A stretch of DNA of 64,000 nucleotides from the human T2T-CHM13v2.0 reference genome, Homo sapiens. Below, piece by piece: positions 1 to 16,232 of the stretch. The DNA is taken from NCBI RefSeq assembly GCF_009914755.1, contig NC_060929.1; one strand, written 5' to 3'. Under the pieces are notes generated by a model. It searched no databases. It worked only from the letters and a program-made list of their open reading frames with translations, and was not told the origin of the DNA. Position 1 is the stretch's first letter; the number at the start of each line of letters is the position of its first letter. Position numbers and translations under genes: made by a program.

Positions 1-711
1 ATGTCTGCAGTGTTTTCTAACTGTGAGATACTATGATTCTGTTGGATTAGCAATGATTGTGGCTTTTCTCAAGGGTCTGGAAGAAATCAATAACAGACTC
101 TATGTTAGTGATTTTTCTGAACAGTTTCACACCTAAAAGTGATGGGTAAAGCTCAGGATCAGGATAATTGTGGGTAGAAAAGACATCCTTTAGCATCCAA
201 ACTTGGAGCATGCAAAACTCTAGGGAGTGCCAGAGGAAAGGCAAAGAAGGATTAATTATCTTTCATTTAAATTAACCTAAAAGAAGAAATTGCATTTCAA
301 ATGAGATAGAAGGTACTGGGGGGACAAAAAGGAATTTGCCTTGCATTCAAAACATGGTTGCTTTTATTGACCCATAGTCTCAACTCAATGTGTAAGGAAA
401 GCTGTGGGTTGCATCATCATATCGTTAGAGATGAAAAAGTAGGGGAAACAGCCAAGATGGCTGAATAGGAACAGCTCCGGTCTACAGCTCCCAGCGTGAG
501 TGACAGAGAAGACGGGTGATTTCTGCATTTCCATCTGAGGTACCAGGTTCATCTCACTAGGGAGTGCCAGACAGTGGGCACAGGACAGTGGATGCAGCGC
601 ACCATGCGCGAGCTGAAGCAGGGCGAGGCATTGCCTCACTCGGGAAACGCAAGGGATCAGGGAGTTCCCTTTCCTAGTCAAAGAAAGGGGTGACAGATGG
701 CACCTGGAAAA

Positions 712-894
712 TCAGGTCACTCCCGCCCTAATACTGCGCTTTTCCGATGCACTTAAAAAACGGCGCACCAGGAGATTATATCCCGCACCTGGCTCGGAGG
801 GTCCTACCCCCACAGAGTCTCGCTGATTGCTAGCACAGCAGTCTGAGATCAAACTGCAAGGCGGCAGCAAGGCTGGGGGAGGGGCCCCCACCAT
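712..894 (-). pseudogene. L1 antisense ORF0, truncated at 60 aa
   Basis: MVGAPPPALLPPCSLISDCCASNQRDSVGVGPSEPGAGYNLLVRRFLSASEKRSIRAGVT* matches primate L1 ORF0; ATG context GCAATGG; premature TGA at 712-714. Confidence 0.85.
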
Positions 895-1477
895 TGCCCA
901 GGCTTGCTTAGGTAAACAAAGCAGCTGGGAAGCTCGAACTGGGTGGAGCCCACCACAGCTCAAGGAGGCCTGCCTGCCTCTGCAGGCTCCACCTCTGGGG
1001 GCAGGGCACAGACAAACAAAAAGACAGCAGTAACCTCTGCAGACTTAAATGTACCTGTCTGACAGCTTTGAAGAGAGCAGTGGTTCTCCCATCATGCAGC
1101 TGGAGATCTGAGAACGGGCAGACTGCCTCCTCAAGTGAGTCCCTAACCCCTGACCCCCAAGCAGCCTAACTGGGAGGCGCCCCCCAGTAGGGGCAGGCTG
1201 ATACCTCACACGGCCGGGTACTCCTCTGAGAAAAAACTTCCAGAGGAACGATCAGACAGCAGCATTTGCGGTTCACGAAAATCCGCGGTTCTGCAGCCAC
1301 CGCTGCTGTTACCCAGGCAAACAGGGTCTGGAGTGGTCCTCTAGCAAACTCCAACAGACCTGCAGCTGAGGGTCCTGTCTCTTAGAAGGAAAACTAACAA
1401 ACAGAAAGGACATCCACACCAAAAACCCATCTGTACATCACCATCATCAAAGACCAAAAGTAGATAAAACCACAAAG

Positions 1478-2496
1478 ATGGGGAAAAAAAACAGAGCAGA
1501 AAAACTGGAAACTCTAAAAAGCAGAGCGCCTCTCCTCCTCCAAAGGAACGCAGTTCCTCACCAGCAACGGAACAAAGCTGGACGGAGAATGACTTTGACG
1601 AGTTGAGAGAGGAAGGCTTCAGACGATCAAACTACTCCGAGCTACAAGAGGAAATTCAAACCAAAGGCAAAGAAGTTGAAAACTTTGAAAAAAATTTAGA
1701 TGAATGTATAACTAGAATAACCAATACAGAGAAGTGCTCAAAGGAGCTGATGGAGCTGAAAGCCAAGGCTTGAGAACTACGTGAAGAATGCAGAAGCCTC
1801 AGGAGCCGATGCGATCAACTGGAAGAAAGGGTATCAGTGATGGAAGATGAAATGAATGAAATGAAGCGAGAAGGGAAGTTTAGAGAAAAAAGAATAAAAA
1901 GAAATGAACAAAGCCTCCAAGAAATATGGGACTATGTGAAAAGACCAAATCTATGTCTGATTGGTGTACCTGAAAGTGATGGGGAGAATGGAACCAAGTT
2001 GGAAAACACTCTGCAGGATATTATCCAGGAGAACTTCCCCAATCTAGCAAGGCAGGCCAACATTCAGATTCAGGAAATACAGAGAATGTCACAAAGATAC
2101 TCCTCGAGAAGAGCAACTCCAAGACACGTAATTGTCAGATACACCAAAGTTGAAATGAAGGAAAAAATGTTAAGGGCAGCCAGAGAGAAAGGTCAGCTTA
2201 CCCACAAAGGGAAGCCCATCAGACTAACAGCGGATCTCTCGGCAGAAACTCTACAAGCCAGAAGCGATTGGGGGCCAATATTCAACATTCTTAGAGAAAA
2301 GAATTTTCAACCCAGAATTTCATATCCAGCCAAACTAAGCTTCATAAATGAAGGAGAAATAAAATACTTTACAGACAAGCAAATGCTGAGAGATTTTGTC
2401 ACCACCAGGCCTGCCCTAAAAGAGCTCCTGAAGGAAGCACTAAACATGGAAAGGAACAACCAGTACCAGCCACTGCAAAATCATGCCAAATTGTAA
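1478..2496 (+). pseudogene. L1 ORF1p, disrupted
   Basis: ATG at 1478 followed by GGG and A8 instead of A6 (frameshift); CGA>TGA at 1771-1773; C-terminal 219 aa open (1837-2496). Confidence 0.92.
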
Positions 2497-2559
2497 AGAC
2501 CATCAAGGCTAGGAAGAAACTGCATCAACTAACGAGCAAAATAACCAGCTAACATCATC

Positions 2560-6374
<3,815 letters not shown>

Positions 6375-7302
6375 ACAATGAGAACACATGGACATAGGAA
6401 GGGGAACATCACAGTCTGGGGACTGTTGTGGGGTAGGGAGAGGGGGGAGCGATAGCATTAGGAGATATACCTAATGCTAAATGACGAGTTAATGGGTGCA
6501 GCACACCAGCATGGCACATGCATACATATGTAACTAACCTGCACATTGTGCACATGTACCCTAAAACTTAAAGTATAATAATAATAAAATAAAATTAATT
6601 AATTAATTAAAAAAAGAGAAAAAGTAGAAAAGTTGGTGTTAAGTAGTGCATTTTTTAACCAGTTGAGTCTAAGGTATTACACAGTAAAGAGTGTGTTGGG
6701 GCAGTTAGATTGGAGGTATTGGCTAAATCACAAATCATCCAGCTCTCTGCAAATTCACAGAAAGAGCAAACTCATCCATAGCCTTGAACCACAGAGCAAA
6801 CATTTTTCTGTGCAAAATTTGGTTACATTTCATCTTGTGAATTTTCCACCCCTGTTTATACTGAAATGATAGGGCTTTGAAAAGAATAAACAACATTCCC
6901 TTTCTGTTGCATCAAGACAAAAACCCCCACACTCAATAAATCAAAACTGTACCAGCAAAAATTGAACAATTCCATCATTTGCTGAAACCTCTAAAACCCT
7001 CAAATTTGTTTGAGGGCTTCTGTAAACAACTTAATCAATCAATGTTAGCAAAAATATGTGTTAGGCACCTACAGTGGACTAAGAACTGAACTAGGTGAGT
7101 GGTGGATTCTCAAGAAAAATGTCATGTGTGAACATACACATGTATGCAATTATTGTTTACTTAATTGAGTAAAAAAATGCCCATTAAATAATCGAACATT
7201 TAACAATGTGGGGCTAGCTCTCTTATCCCTATTCTTGCAGCATCATAGCAGCCTTTATATACTATTACAGTTGCTTGTTCAACACCTGTCTCCCACACAT
7301 TG

Positions 7303-7456
7303 CTTCTGAAAATTTATTGTGTATTTAAATTACCTAGGGATCTTGTTAAAATGCAGATTCTAGTTCCATAGTTCTGGGGTGAGGCCTAAGAATTTTTATT
7401 TCTAACAAGCTCTCAGGTGATGCTGCTGGTCTGAGGACTGCATTTCAAATAACAAA
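7303..7456. mobile_element. MER5-type hAT-Charlie DNA transposon relic
   Basis: Core CTTGTTAAAATGCAGATTC...TTCTAACAAGCTCTCAGGTGATGCTG typical of MER5A/B. Confidence 0.7.
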
Positions 7457-8378
7457 TAACAAAGCTCAAGGCTGACTCCAAGCTCCATGAAAGTAAGGAC
7501 CTTTCTGCCTTGCCCACCCCTATAACTCCAGCACCTCCCAAAGAGCCTTGATGAATGTATGTTGAGCTAGTGAATAAGTAAATGAATAAATGTCCTAATA
7601 AATAGTATTTTATTAGCATGTAACAGTACATTTTTACATAGGTAGACATGAGAAAAGTTTAACAGTACGTGCAAAAATGGAGAAATAAGAATAATGATGG
7701 TCTGATGAAGTAAACAAGGCCTGATGGAGAGAATAACAATAAAATAAGTAGGAAAGTGGGGTTAAATTATAAAGGGTTTTGAAAACTAGGCAAAGGACTG
7801 AATGTTACACAGGAAATAAAGAATAAATTAGTAAGTGCTCAATAAAAGAATGGTGGACTGAAAATTTCCTTTTGAACTGTTTAATCTGGTGTCATTGAGC
7901 AGCCTTGAAAGTAAAGCGGTAGGTAACACATTGTTGCATTAATCCAAAATGGACTTCATAACGTCCCGGACTAGTTTCTAGGCAGTTAGGAGAAGGAAGG
8001 AACTGATGAAACCCACCTGTATTTCAATGGCATAATTCATTTTCTCCTCTTATGTCAGAATGCAACTGCTCTGATTAAGCCAAGTGAGCCAAGCCCTGTA
8101 ACCTAGCTTTAATCATTTGAGGGTTTAGATCTCAGATTCCAAGGTAACTAGCACATAGGACTTTGTCAGTCATGAGGTTAGACTTATGTTCAGACCAGGT
8201 TCAAGTGAGAATCCTCCCTGCTTCTAGGCCCTCTTCCTGAAACCTTCACTGTATGGCTCAAATCTAAGCCCTTTAACCACGTTGATCAGACTCTATCACT
8301 TCTTCCCCAACTCTGAAGGATAAAGTCTAAACCTATTAATGTATCATTCGAACCCTGTGAAATTTAGCCTCATCTGCT

Positions 8379-8440
8379 TCTCTCTCTTCTTTCTCTCTCT
8401 CTCTTTCTCTCTGTCTCTCTTTCTCTCTCTCTCTCTCTCC
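8379..8440 (+). repeat. (CT)n/(CTTT) microsatellite
   Basis: Directly visible imperfect CT repeat. Confidence 0.9.
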
Positions 8441-8777
8441 ATCTTCATCTCTTTCTCCTATATTCTGGCCTCTTGTGATCTGTTCCATTCCAAACTCCTG
8501 GGCCCTTTTTGAGTTTTCACCTCTCTGTCCTTTTGCCTGGAGAGTCTATTCCATGCTGTCTCTCTAATATACTCCTTCTTCACAATTCAGCTCCAATTTC
8601 ACTTTCTCAGGGGACCCTTTCCTGATCTCAGCTCCACCTGCTAGGACAGCCTGTAGCTCCTGCCTTCAGGACTCCTGTGTTTTTCATGCATTTTTACTAA
8701 TTCTAGCACATTGTCTGTAATTCTACAATTTTTCTCCTTTTCCAAACTAGAATGTGAGCTCCCTAAGGCAGAACCCA

Positions 8778-10215
8778 TTTTTTTCCTAGCTTTATTGAGG
8801 TACAATTGACAAATAAAAATTATATATATTTAAGGTATACAACATGATGTTTTGATATGTGTGTATGTTGTGAAATGATTATCATCCATAATCAAGCTAA
8901 TTAACATTTCCGTCATTTTACATAGTTATCCTGTAGTGGGGAACAGGGTGATAACATTTAATATCTATTATATGAGCAAATTTCAAGTATGCAATGCATT
9001 ATTATTCACTATAGTTTCTAAGCTGCACCTTAGGTGTCCGGAACTTATTATTCGTTTTATAACTTCAAGTTAATACTCTTTGACCAACATCTTATTTCCC
9101 CCATTCCATGACCCCTGATATCCACCCTTCTACTCTCTTCCTGTAAGTTTGACTTTTTGAGATTCCACATATAAGTGGGATCAGGTGTCATTTGTCTTTC
9201 TGTGTCTGGCTTATTTCACTTATAATGCCCTCCAGGTTCAACCATTCTGTCACAAATTGTAGGATGTACTTCTTTTTTAAGGCTGAATATATATAGCACA
9301 TTTTCTTTTTCATTCATCCATCCATGAATACTTAAGTTGTTTCTATATCTTGGCTATTGTGAATAGTGCTGCAATGAACATGACAGTGCATATATCTTTG
9401 TGAGATGCTGATTTTATTTCCTTTGGATATGTACCCAGAAGTGGGATTGCTGGAGTGTATTGTAGTTTTATTTTTACTTTTTTGAGGGCCCTTCACATTA
9501 TTTGCTGTAATGGCTATACCAATTTACATTCACACCAACAATATATAAAAATTCTGTTTTCTTCACATCCTCACCAACATTTGTCATCTTTGGCTTTTTG
9601 ATAATAACCATTCTAAGAATTGTAAGGGGATCTCTCATTCTGATTTTGATTAGCTTTTCCCTGTTGACTAGTAATGTTGAGCACCTTTTCATATACACAT
9701 TGGCCACCTTTCTGTCTTTTTTGGAAAAATAGCTATTCAGTTTCTTGTCCATTTTTAACTAGGTTATTTGGGGATTTTTTGCCATTGAGTTGTAAGAGTG
9801 TCATATATAGTTTGAATATTAACCCCTTATTGGGTATATGGTTTGCAAATGTTTTCTCCAATTCCATGAATTGCCTTTTCATTTTGATTGCTTCCTTTGA
9901 TGTATGGAAACTTTTTAGTTTGATGTAGACTTGCTTGTTAATTTGTGCTTTTTCTATTTGTGTTTTGATGCCATATTCAAAAAGTTATTGCCAAGACCAA
10001 TGTCAAAAAGCTTTTGCTCTATGTTTTCTTCTAGGAGTTTTACAGTTTCTGGTCTTACTTTAAGTCTTAAATCTGTCTTCAGCTGATTTTTTGTGCGTAG
10101 TACAAAATAAGAGTTAAATTTCTTTTTTTTTTTTTTTTTTGCATGTGGACATCTAGTTTTTCCAAGACCATTTATTGAAAAGACTATCCTTTTCCACTGT
10201 GTATTCTTGATATCT
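8778..10215 (-). mobile_element. Old L1 (L1MA/L1MB) 3' end
   Basis: T-tract then reverse complement of L1M 3'UTR and ORF2 C-terminus; minus ORF 9498-9752 is ORF2-like. Confidence 0.85.
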
Positions 10216-11290
10216 CTTTAATACTGTAATGGTGGTATATAAATCACTTCTTGCTTTAGTATAAAGGCTAAAAGATAAAAGTACCAAAAATAATTATATT
10301 TAAATAATTTGTTATTGGTTTGTTATATATATGTTGTAGATCCATTTATCAATAGATACATAATATAAAAACATAGGAATTGTGACATCAAAAACAAAAT
10401 GAAGAGGCAAGTAAAAATGTAGAATTTGTTAATTGCATATAATGTAAACTCTAAATTTCAAATAGGTTCAAATAGATTGTTATAACTCAAATAGATTGTT
10501 ACAATGCTAAGATGCTTTACATAAGCCTCCTTACGTAAGATGTTTTATGTATGCAAAAACCTACAGTAGGTACAAAAAAGATAAAGAGAAAGGAATCAAG
10601 GCATACCACTACAGAAAATCATCAAATCACAAAGAGAAGAAGAAAGAAAGGGACTACAAAACAGCCAGAAACAATGAACAAAATGTCAATAGTAAGTCTT
10701 TATCTTTCAATAATTACTTTAAATGTAATTGGATTAAATTATCCAATAAAAAGATATAGAGTGGCTGAATGAATAAAAAAGCAAGACCCAACTACATGCT
10801 GCCTATAAGAGACTTGCTTCAGCTTTAAGTACACACATAGGCTGAAAGCAATTGTATAGAAAAAGATATTTCATACAATTGGAAACCAAAAGAGAGCAGA
10901 GGTCACTGTATTTATATCAGAAAAAATACACTTTAAGTCATAAATTGTAACAACAGACAAAGGGCATCATTATATAATGATGAAAGGGTACATTGATCAA
11001 GAGGATATAATAACTATAAATATATGTGAAGTCAACATCAGAGTACCTAAATATACAAAGCAAATATTAATAGGTCTAAAGGAAGAAATAGCAATATAAC
11101 AATAGCAGAGAACTTCAAGACCCCACTTTCAACAATGGATAACTTATCCACAGAAAAATCCGTAAGGAAACATTGGACTTGAACTACACTTTATACCAAA
11201 AGGACCTAACAGACTATATGCAGAACATTCCATCCAAAAGTGGCAGAATGCACATTCTTCTCAAGCACACACAAAACTTTCTCTAGGATA
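10216..11290 (+). mobile_element. Old L1M fragment: inter-ORF region and ORF2 endonuclease start
   Basis: Encodes degenerate YLSIITLNVIGLNYPIKR..., continuing through EN-like sequence to ACATTCTTCTCAAGCACAC. Confidence 0.85.
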
Positions 11291-12143
11291 TGATGCCTAC
11301 GCATTTCCCTTCTCTGCCCCATTTTCCCTGATGTTCACAATAGCAGTTAAGTTACTTATGTTGTTATTCACCAACCCTTGCTTTCATGTAAGCTCCCCAA
11401 TTCCTGCATGTGTAAATTCCCATCCACCACAGTTCTGGCACCCAGTTCAGTGACCAGCTCATAGCAGGTGCTCAATAAGTATTTGTTGAATTAGGGGTTG
11501 CTCTTAAGGACCCCCCTAAGAGCAGAGATTGCCCTTGATATTTCACCAGAGTAATTTTGGAACTACTGAATAAAAAAGGAAAATTGCTTAGCCATGTTAG
11601 TATCTAGCTTTATAGTTCTATCTACTACAAGAGTCTCAAATGGAGGTGGGAGTATCACATGCCTGTCTGTAGTGCAGGAGAGGCTCTGTCCATAACTTAT
11701 ATCAGTTCACCATATAGTTATGTAAATGCTCTCTTCCAAGCCATGCTATGCACAAGGGAAGGATATGGTGATAAATAAGACACATTCCTTACTCTCAAGG
11801 ATTTCAGTTACTATCAGACAATTACAATGTATTGTGATTTGCACTATGTCAAGAGAAGAGCCAGAATTTATGGAAACATGGAGCAGAGACCTTAACCCAG
11901 ATCAGGGGATAGGCCAGGGAAGGCTTTCTGGAGGAAGTTGCATTTAACCTAGGACTAGAAGGATGAATGGGTATTAGCCAAGTGAAAAGGCAGGGGAAAG
12001 GCATTTCAGGCAGAAGGAACATGTTTGTGAGCCATTGTCAGGAACTTGGATCTTATCTTAAAGATGATGGGAAACCATTTAAAAGTTTCCAGCCAGAGAG
12101 CAATTTGATCTGATTTACATTTTTAAAGGATCTCTCTCTAACT

Positions 12144-12340
12144 TAGTGGTTCTCAACTGGGCATGATTTTTCTCCCCAGGAGACATTTTTGGATGCCACA
12201 ACTTGGGGATGGGAGCTACTGGTGTCTAATGGGTACAGGCTAGTGATATTGCTAAACACCCTGCAATATACATGACAGGTCCCCACCACAAAGAATTATC
12301 TGGCCTCAAATGTCAATAGTTCTTAGGTTGAGAAATCCTG
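12144..12340 (+). mobile_element. MER20 hAT-Charlie DNA transposon
   Basis: Termini AGTGGTTCTCAAC / GTTGAGAAATCCTG; internal ACAAAGAATTATCTGGCCTCAAATGTCAATAGT. Confidence 0.85.
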
Positions 12341-12404
12341 TAAGCTGATATATGTAAAATAGACCATTACAGATTTAAAGAAGGGTGACCAGTTGGGAGG
12401 ATAT

Positions 12405-12845
12405 TGTAGCAGGAAGAGCCGCAGACAAAACCCCTCAGATACTGAGTTAAAGAAGAAAGGGGTTTATTCGGCCGTGAGCATCAGCAAGACTCCTGTCTCA
12501 AGAGCCAAGCTCCCCAAGTGAGCAATTCCTGTCCCTTTTAAGGGCTCACAACTCTAAGGGGGTCCACGTGAGAGAGTCATGATCAACTGAGCAAGCAGGG
12601 GGTACCTGACTGGGGGTCGCATACACCAGTAATTAGAACGGAACAGAATAGGACAGGGATCTTCACAGTGCTTTTTTATGCAAATAACCAATTAGGTCAG
12701 GGGTCGATCTTTAACTACCAGGGCCAGGGTGTAGCATTGGGCTGTCTGCTTGTGGATTTCATTTCTGCCTTTTAGTTTTTACTTCTTCTTTCTTTGGAGG
12801 CAGAAATTGGGCATAAGACAATATGAGGGGTGGTCTCCTCCCTTA
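12405..12845 (-). mobile_element. Solo LTR, LTR2 family (HERV-E/Harlequin, ERV1)
   Basis: Minus strand begins TAAGGGAGGAGACCACCCCTCATATTG and ends CCTGCTACA; contains AATAAA; 4-bp TSD ATAT at 12401-12404 and 12846-12849. Confidence 0.9.
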
Positions 12846-14462
12846 ATATTACATTAGTCCAGACAAATAATTATGAATTTGGATGGGGTGACTGCTGTGG
12901 AGGTGGTGAGAAATAATCTAATCCAGAATACATATTTAAAAAATAAAACCAATAGGATTTCTGGTCAATTGGGAAATGGAGCATGAGGGATAGAGAACAG
13001 TTAATGTTTTAGGTCTCAGTAATGCAAAGAATGGTGATGTATTTTACTGAGATGGGGAACATTTGTGGAGTGACAGGTGTATGGAATGGAGAGAAATCAA
13101 AAATTCAATTTCCAACATGTTAGGTTTGAGATGTCCATTAGACATACAAAAGGCAATATGGAACAGGCTCATGAGTCTGGAGGTGAGGGAGAAGATCCAG
13201 ACTGGACTTCAGTATTTTAGGAATCATCAGCATACAGTATTTAAATCCATGGGACTGAATAAGATTACATGGGACTCTAGTGCAGAGGAGGGAGCCAAGC
13301 CCTGAGCCCTTGAACACTTAGAAGTCATAAAGAGCCATCAGAAGGGACTGAGAAGGAGCAGCCAGTGAGGTTACAAAAACACAGGAAAGTCTGGAGTTTT
13401 AGAAACCAAGTTAAAGGAGTGTATCAAAAACGATGCCATAAATACCTATCACCATTAAAGGAGTTACGTAATTCTTTCTATAAAGAGACTGAACTCAAAT
13501 TCCAATGCCTTTTTATCAAAATGCATATGTATATGCTGGTATTTATGCCCTCTGTTATCATTTCCATAAGACAAGAGAAGAAGCATTAACCAACTGAAAC
13601 CTTTAATTAAAATTCACATAGAATGAAGTTGGGAAGGGAACCTGGGCAGAGGCAAGAGCCTTTTGCTTATAAGCAAGATGTGATTAAACCCACTGTGATA
13701 GTGATTCATAGTTCCTGTTTATCAAGGAGACAGGCTCAGCCTCTAGCCTTATGTATGATCGCTGGATGTTTGGGGGTAGCTGAACCCAGAACTCATTTTA
13801 ATGACATCTCCCTGGATTCAAAAATGTTTTTATTCTTCTCTAATGCTTTAACTTTGAGAGATGATCTGATCCTGAATGTTATCTTTGATGGCTCAAAGTA
13901 CAATTCCCTAGAGTGAAATCAGATCGTACCTTTGGGTTCTCTTAATTTTCCAAGACTTTTACACCTCTGAATGAGGATTGCCCTGAAAAAAATATAGTGG
14001 ACGCTCTAATCCTACATCAATCAAACTCCATCTCTCCTTCCACCCCTCCTCAGTTATTTGCATAAAATACTCAATTTGGTTGGAACACGGTACACACACA
14101 ACCTCTTGACCATGCTTCAAACTAAGATAGATCCTGCAATGGACTTTCAGGGTGAACTTGAACAAATATTGGGATCATTAGAGAATGGTGCTCTCTTTGG
14201 CCTAAACCCTGGTTCTATCAGTAAAATATGTGGAAGAACAAATTAAGATCAGGGATGTATTGGGTTAGGCTGTAAGCCTCGAAGTTCAGGTCAATCTTCA
14301 ATTGGGGTGGACGGGGAATGTGGTGATATGAAGTAAATGCATAATATATTATCTTATCATAGTAATAATCACTACCTTGTTTATCCAGTACCTGAAAGCA
14401 TTAATCTCATCTCATCTTCATAACAACCTTTTGAGTTAACAATTAAGGATACTCCATTTTTC

Positions 14463-14513
14463 TGGGGACGTGTCTGGCAACCCCGGTAAAAAAAAAAAAA
14501 AAAAAAAAAAAAA
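14463..14513 (+). mobile_element. Tiny poly(A)-tailed retro-insertion of unknown source, inside a MIR
   Basis: 25-nt body plus A26, flanked by 16-bp direct repeat GGATACTCCATTTTTC (14447-14462; 14515-14530). Confidence 0.85.
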
Positions 14514-15892
14514 GGGATACTCCATTTTTCCACATATGAAACAATTTGGAGCTCGGAAAGATTACATAAATTGGCCAAGACCACATAATTAGTAAATGGC
14601 ACAACTGGAGTCAAACCCCAGTCAATGTGATTGCCAATTACTGTGTGATCCTTCCAAAGCAATACGATGGAAACAACCCTCAGCTTGATTTGCCAGTCAG
14701 GATTTGCCATCTAAAACTGGCTAGAACATTAATTTTGAGGGTGACTTTGGAAAAAGTCATTTAATCTCTCAGCCTCAGCCTGGTTTTCCTCACCTGTAAA
14801 ATAATCAGGACGAACTTCCAGTACTTGTGTCTGATTCTAACTTGTTATATCAGAATTTTAAGCCCTTTCATTTGCAAAAAGTGTCCGTATTTTCAGAATA
14901 CAGTCATCTATTATTGTATTTGATTCTTACAACAACTATGAGGCAAGCAAGCATTATTCCTTCTTGTGTTTTACATACAGATGGGGAAACAGGCTTGAAA
15001 TGAAGTAGGTACCTTGTCCATGGTTAATGCAGCTGCTCCCCAGTCAACTGCTCTAATATACCAGGTACCTCGCCTCCTCCTTTATCTCAGGCATTTTTCA
15101 CTCTCCCAGGGCCTACCCCATTTCTTATTCCCAGGAAGATTTCCATTGCTAATTTAAAAGTTAACTGCTAAGAGGCTAAAGGAAGGGTATACATAGGGGC
15201 CCCTATCCCCACCAGGGTGCTAAACTGGGGCTGAGGGACAGGAGCAGGCCAGACCCAGCTCCCCAGGAACAGCGACTAAGAAACAGAGACACAGACCAAG
15301 AACCCATCCAGACAGGATGCAGAGAAAGGAAACTTTCTGTAGGACATTCCTATAGGTTGGGAAGTGCAAGGTTGTGGATGTCATTGTCCAGGGAAGTCTG
15401 GTAGCTGGTTCTCCATCAGTTATTCTGGGAAAACTCCTACTAAAATGTTTTCTCTTCTAGTGCTTCCCTCCTCAGAAAATGTCACCACTCTCTTCTGAGA
15501 CACCCCAACCAGAAACCTGGGAGACAAGAGTAGGGAAAGGGTATCCTCGGGGTTAAAAGGTGAACTCTGGACATAGACTGTGTGTTAATGGAAATACACC
15601 TAACCTTGCCAAGCTTCAGTTTCCCCATTCATAAAATAGCGCTAAATATGACTTCCCTCATAGTGTGAGATGAGGAATAAATATAAACATCTTGTAGAAT
15701 TCCTGGAACAAAATAGTCACTTAAATATGGAGCCCTCAAAAAACTAGTGAGCTCTATTCCTCACCCCCTGCATCCAATCAATCTTCAAATAGAAATTCTA
15801 CCTCCTGATTCCATTTGGGTTTGTTCATTTTTCCTCCACCCTTGCTGCCATGATGTAATCCAGGTAATCATCTCTGATCTGGGCTCCTATAA

Positions 15893-16232
<340 letters not shown>

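Larger units (their letters stand above)
11730..13420 (-). mobile_element. L2 fragment hosting MER20 and an LTR2-family insertion
   Basis: L2-like motifs (GGGAAGGCTTTCTGGAGGAAG, GACCAGTTGGGAGG, TTTACTGAGATGGGGAA) that continue across both insertions; boundaries approximate. Confidence 0.65.

Noticed and set aside
6417-6449. G-quadruplex-like G-rich tract
   Set aside because: Standard feature of the L1 3'UTR.
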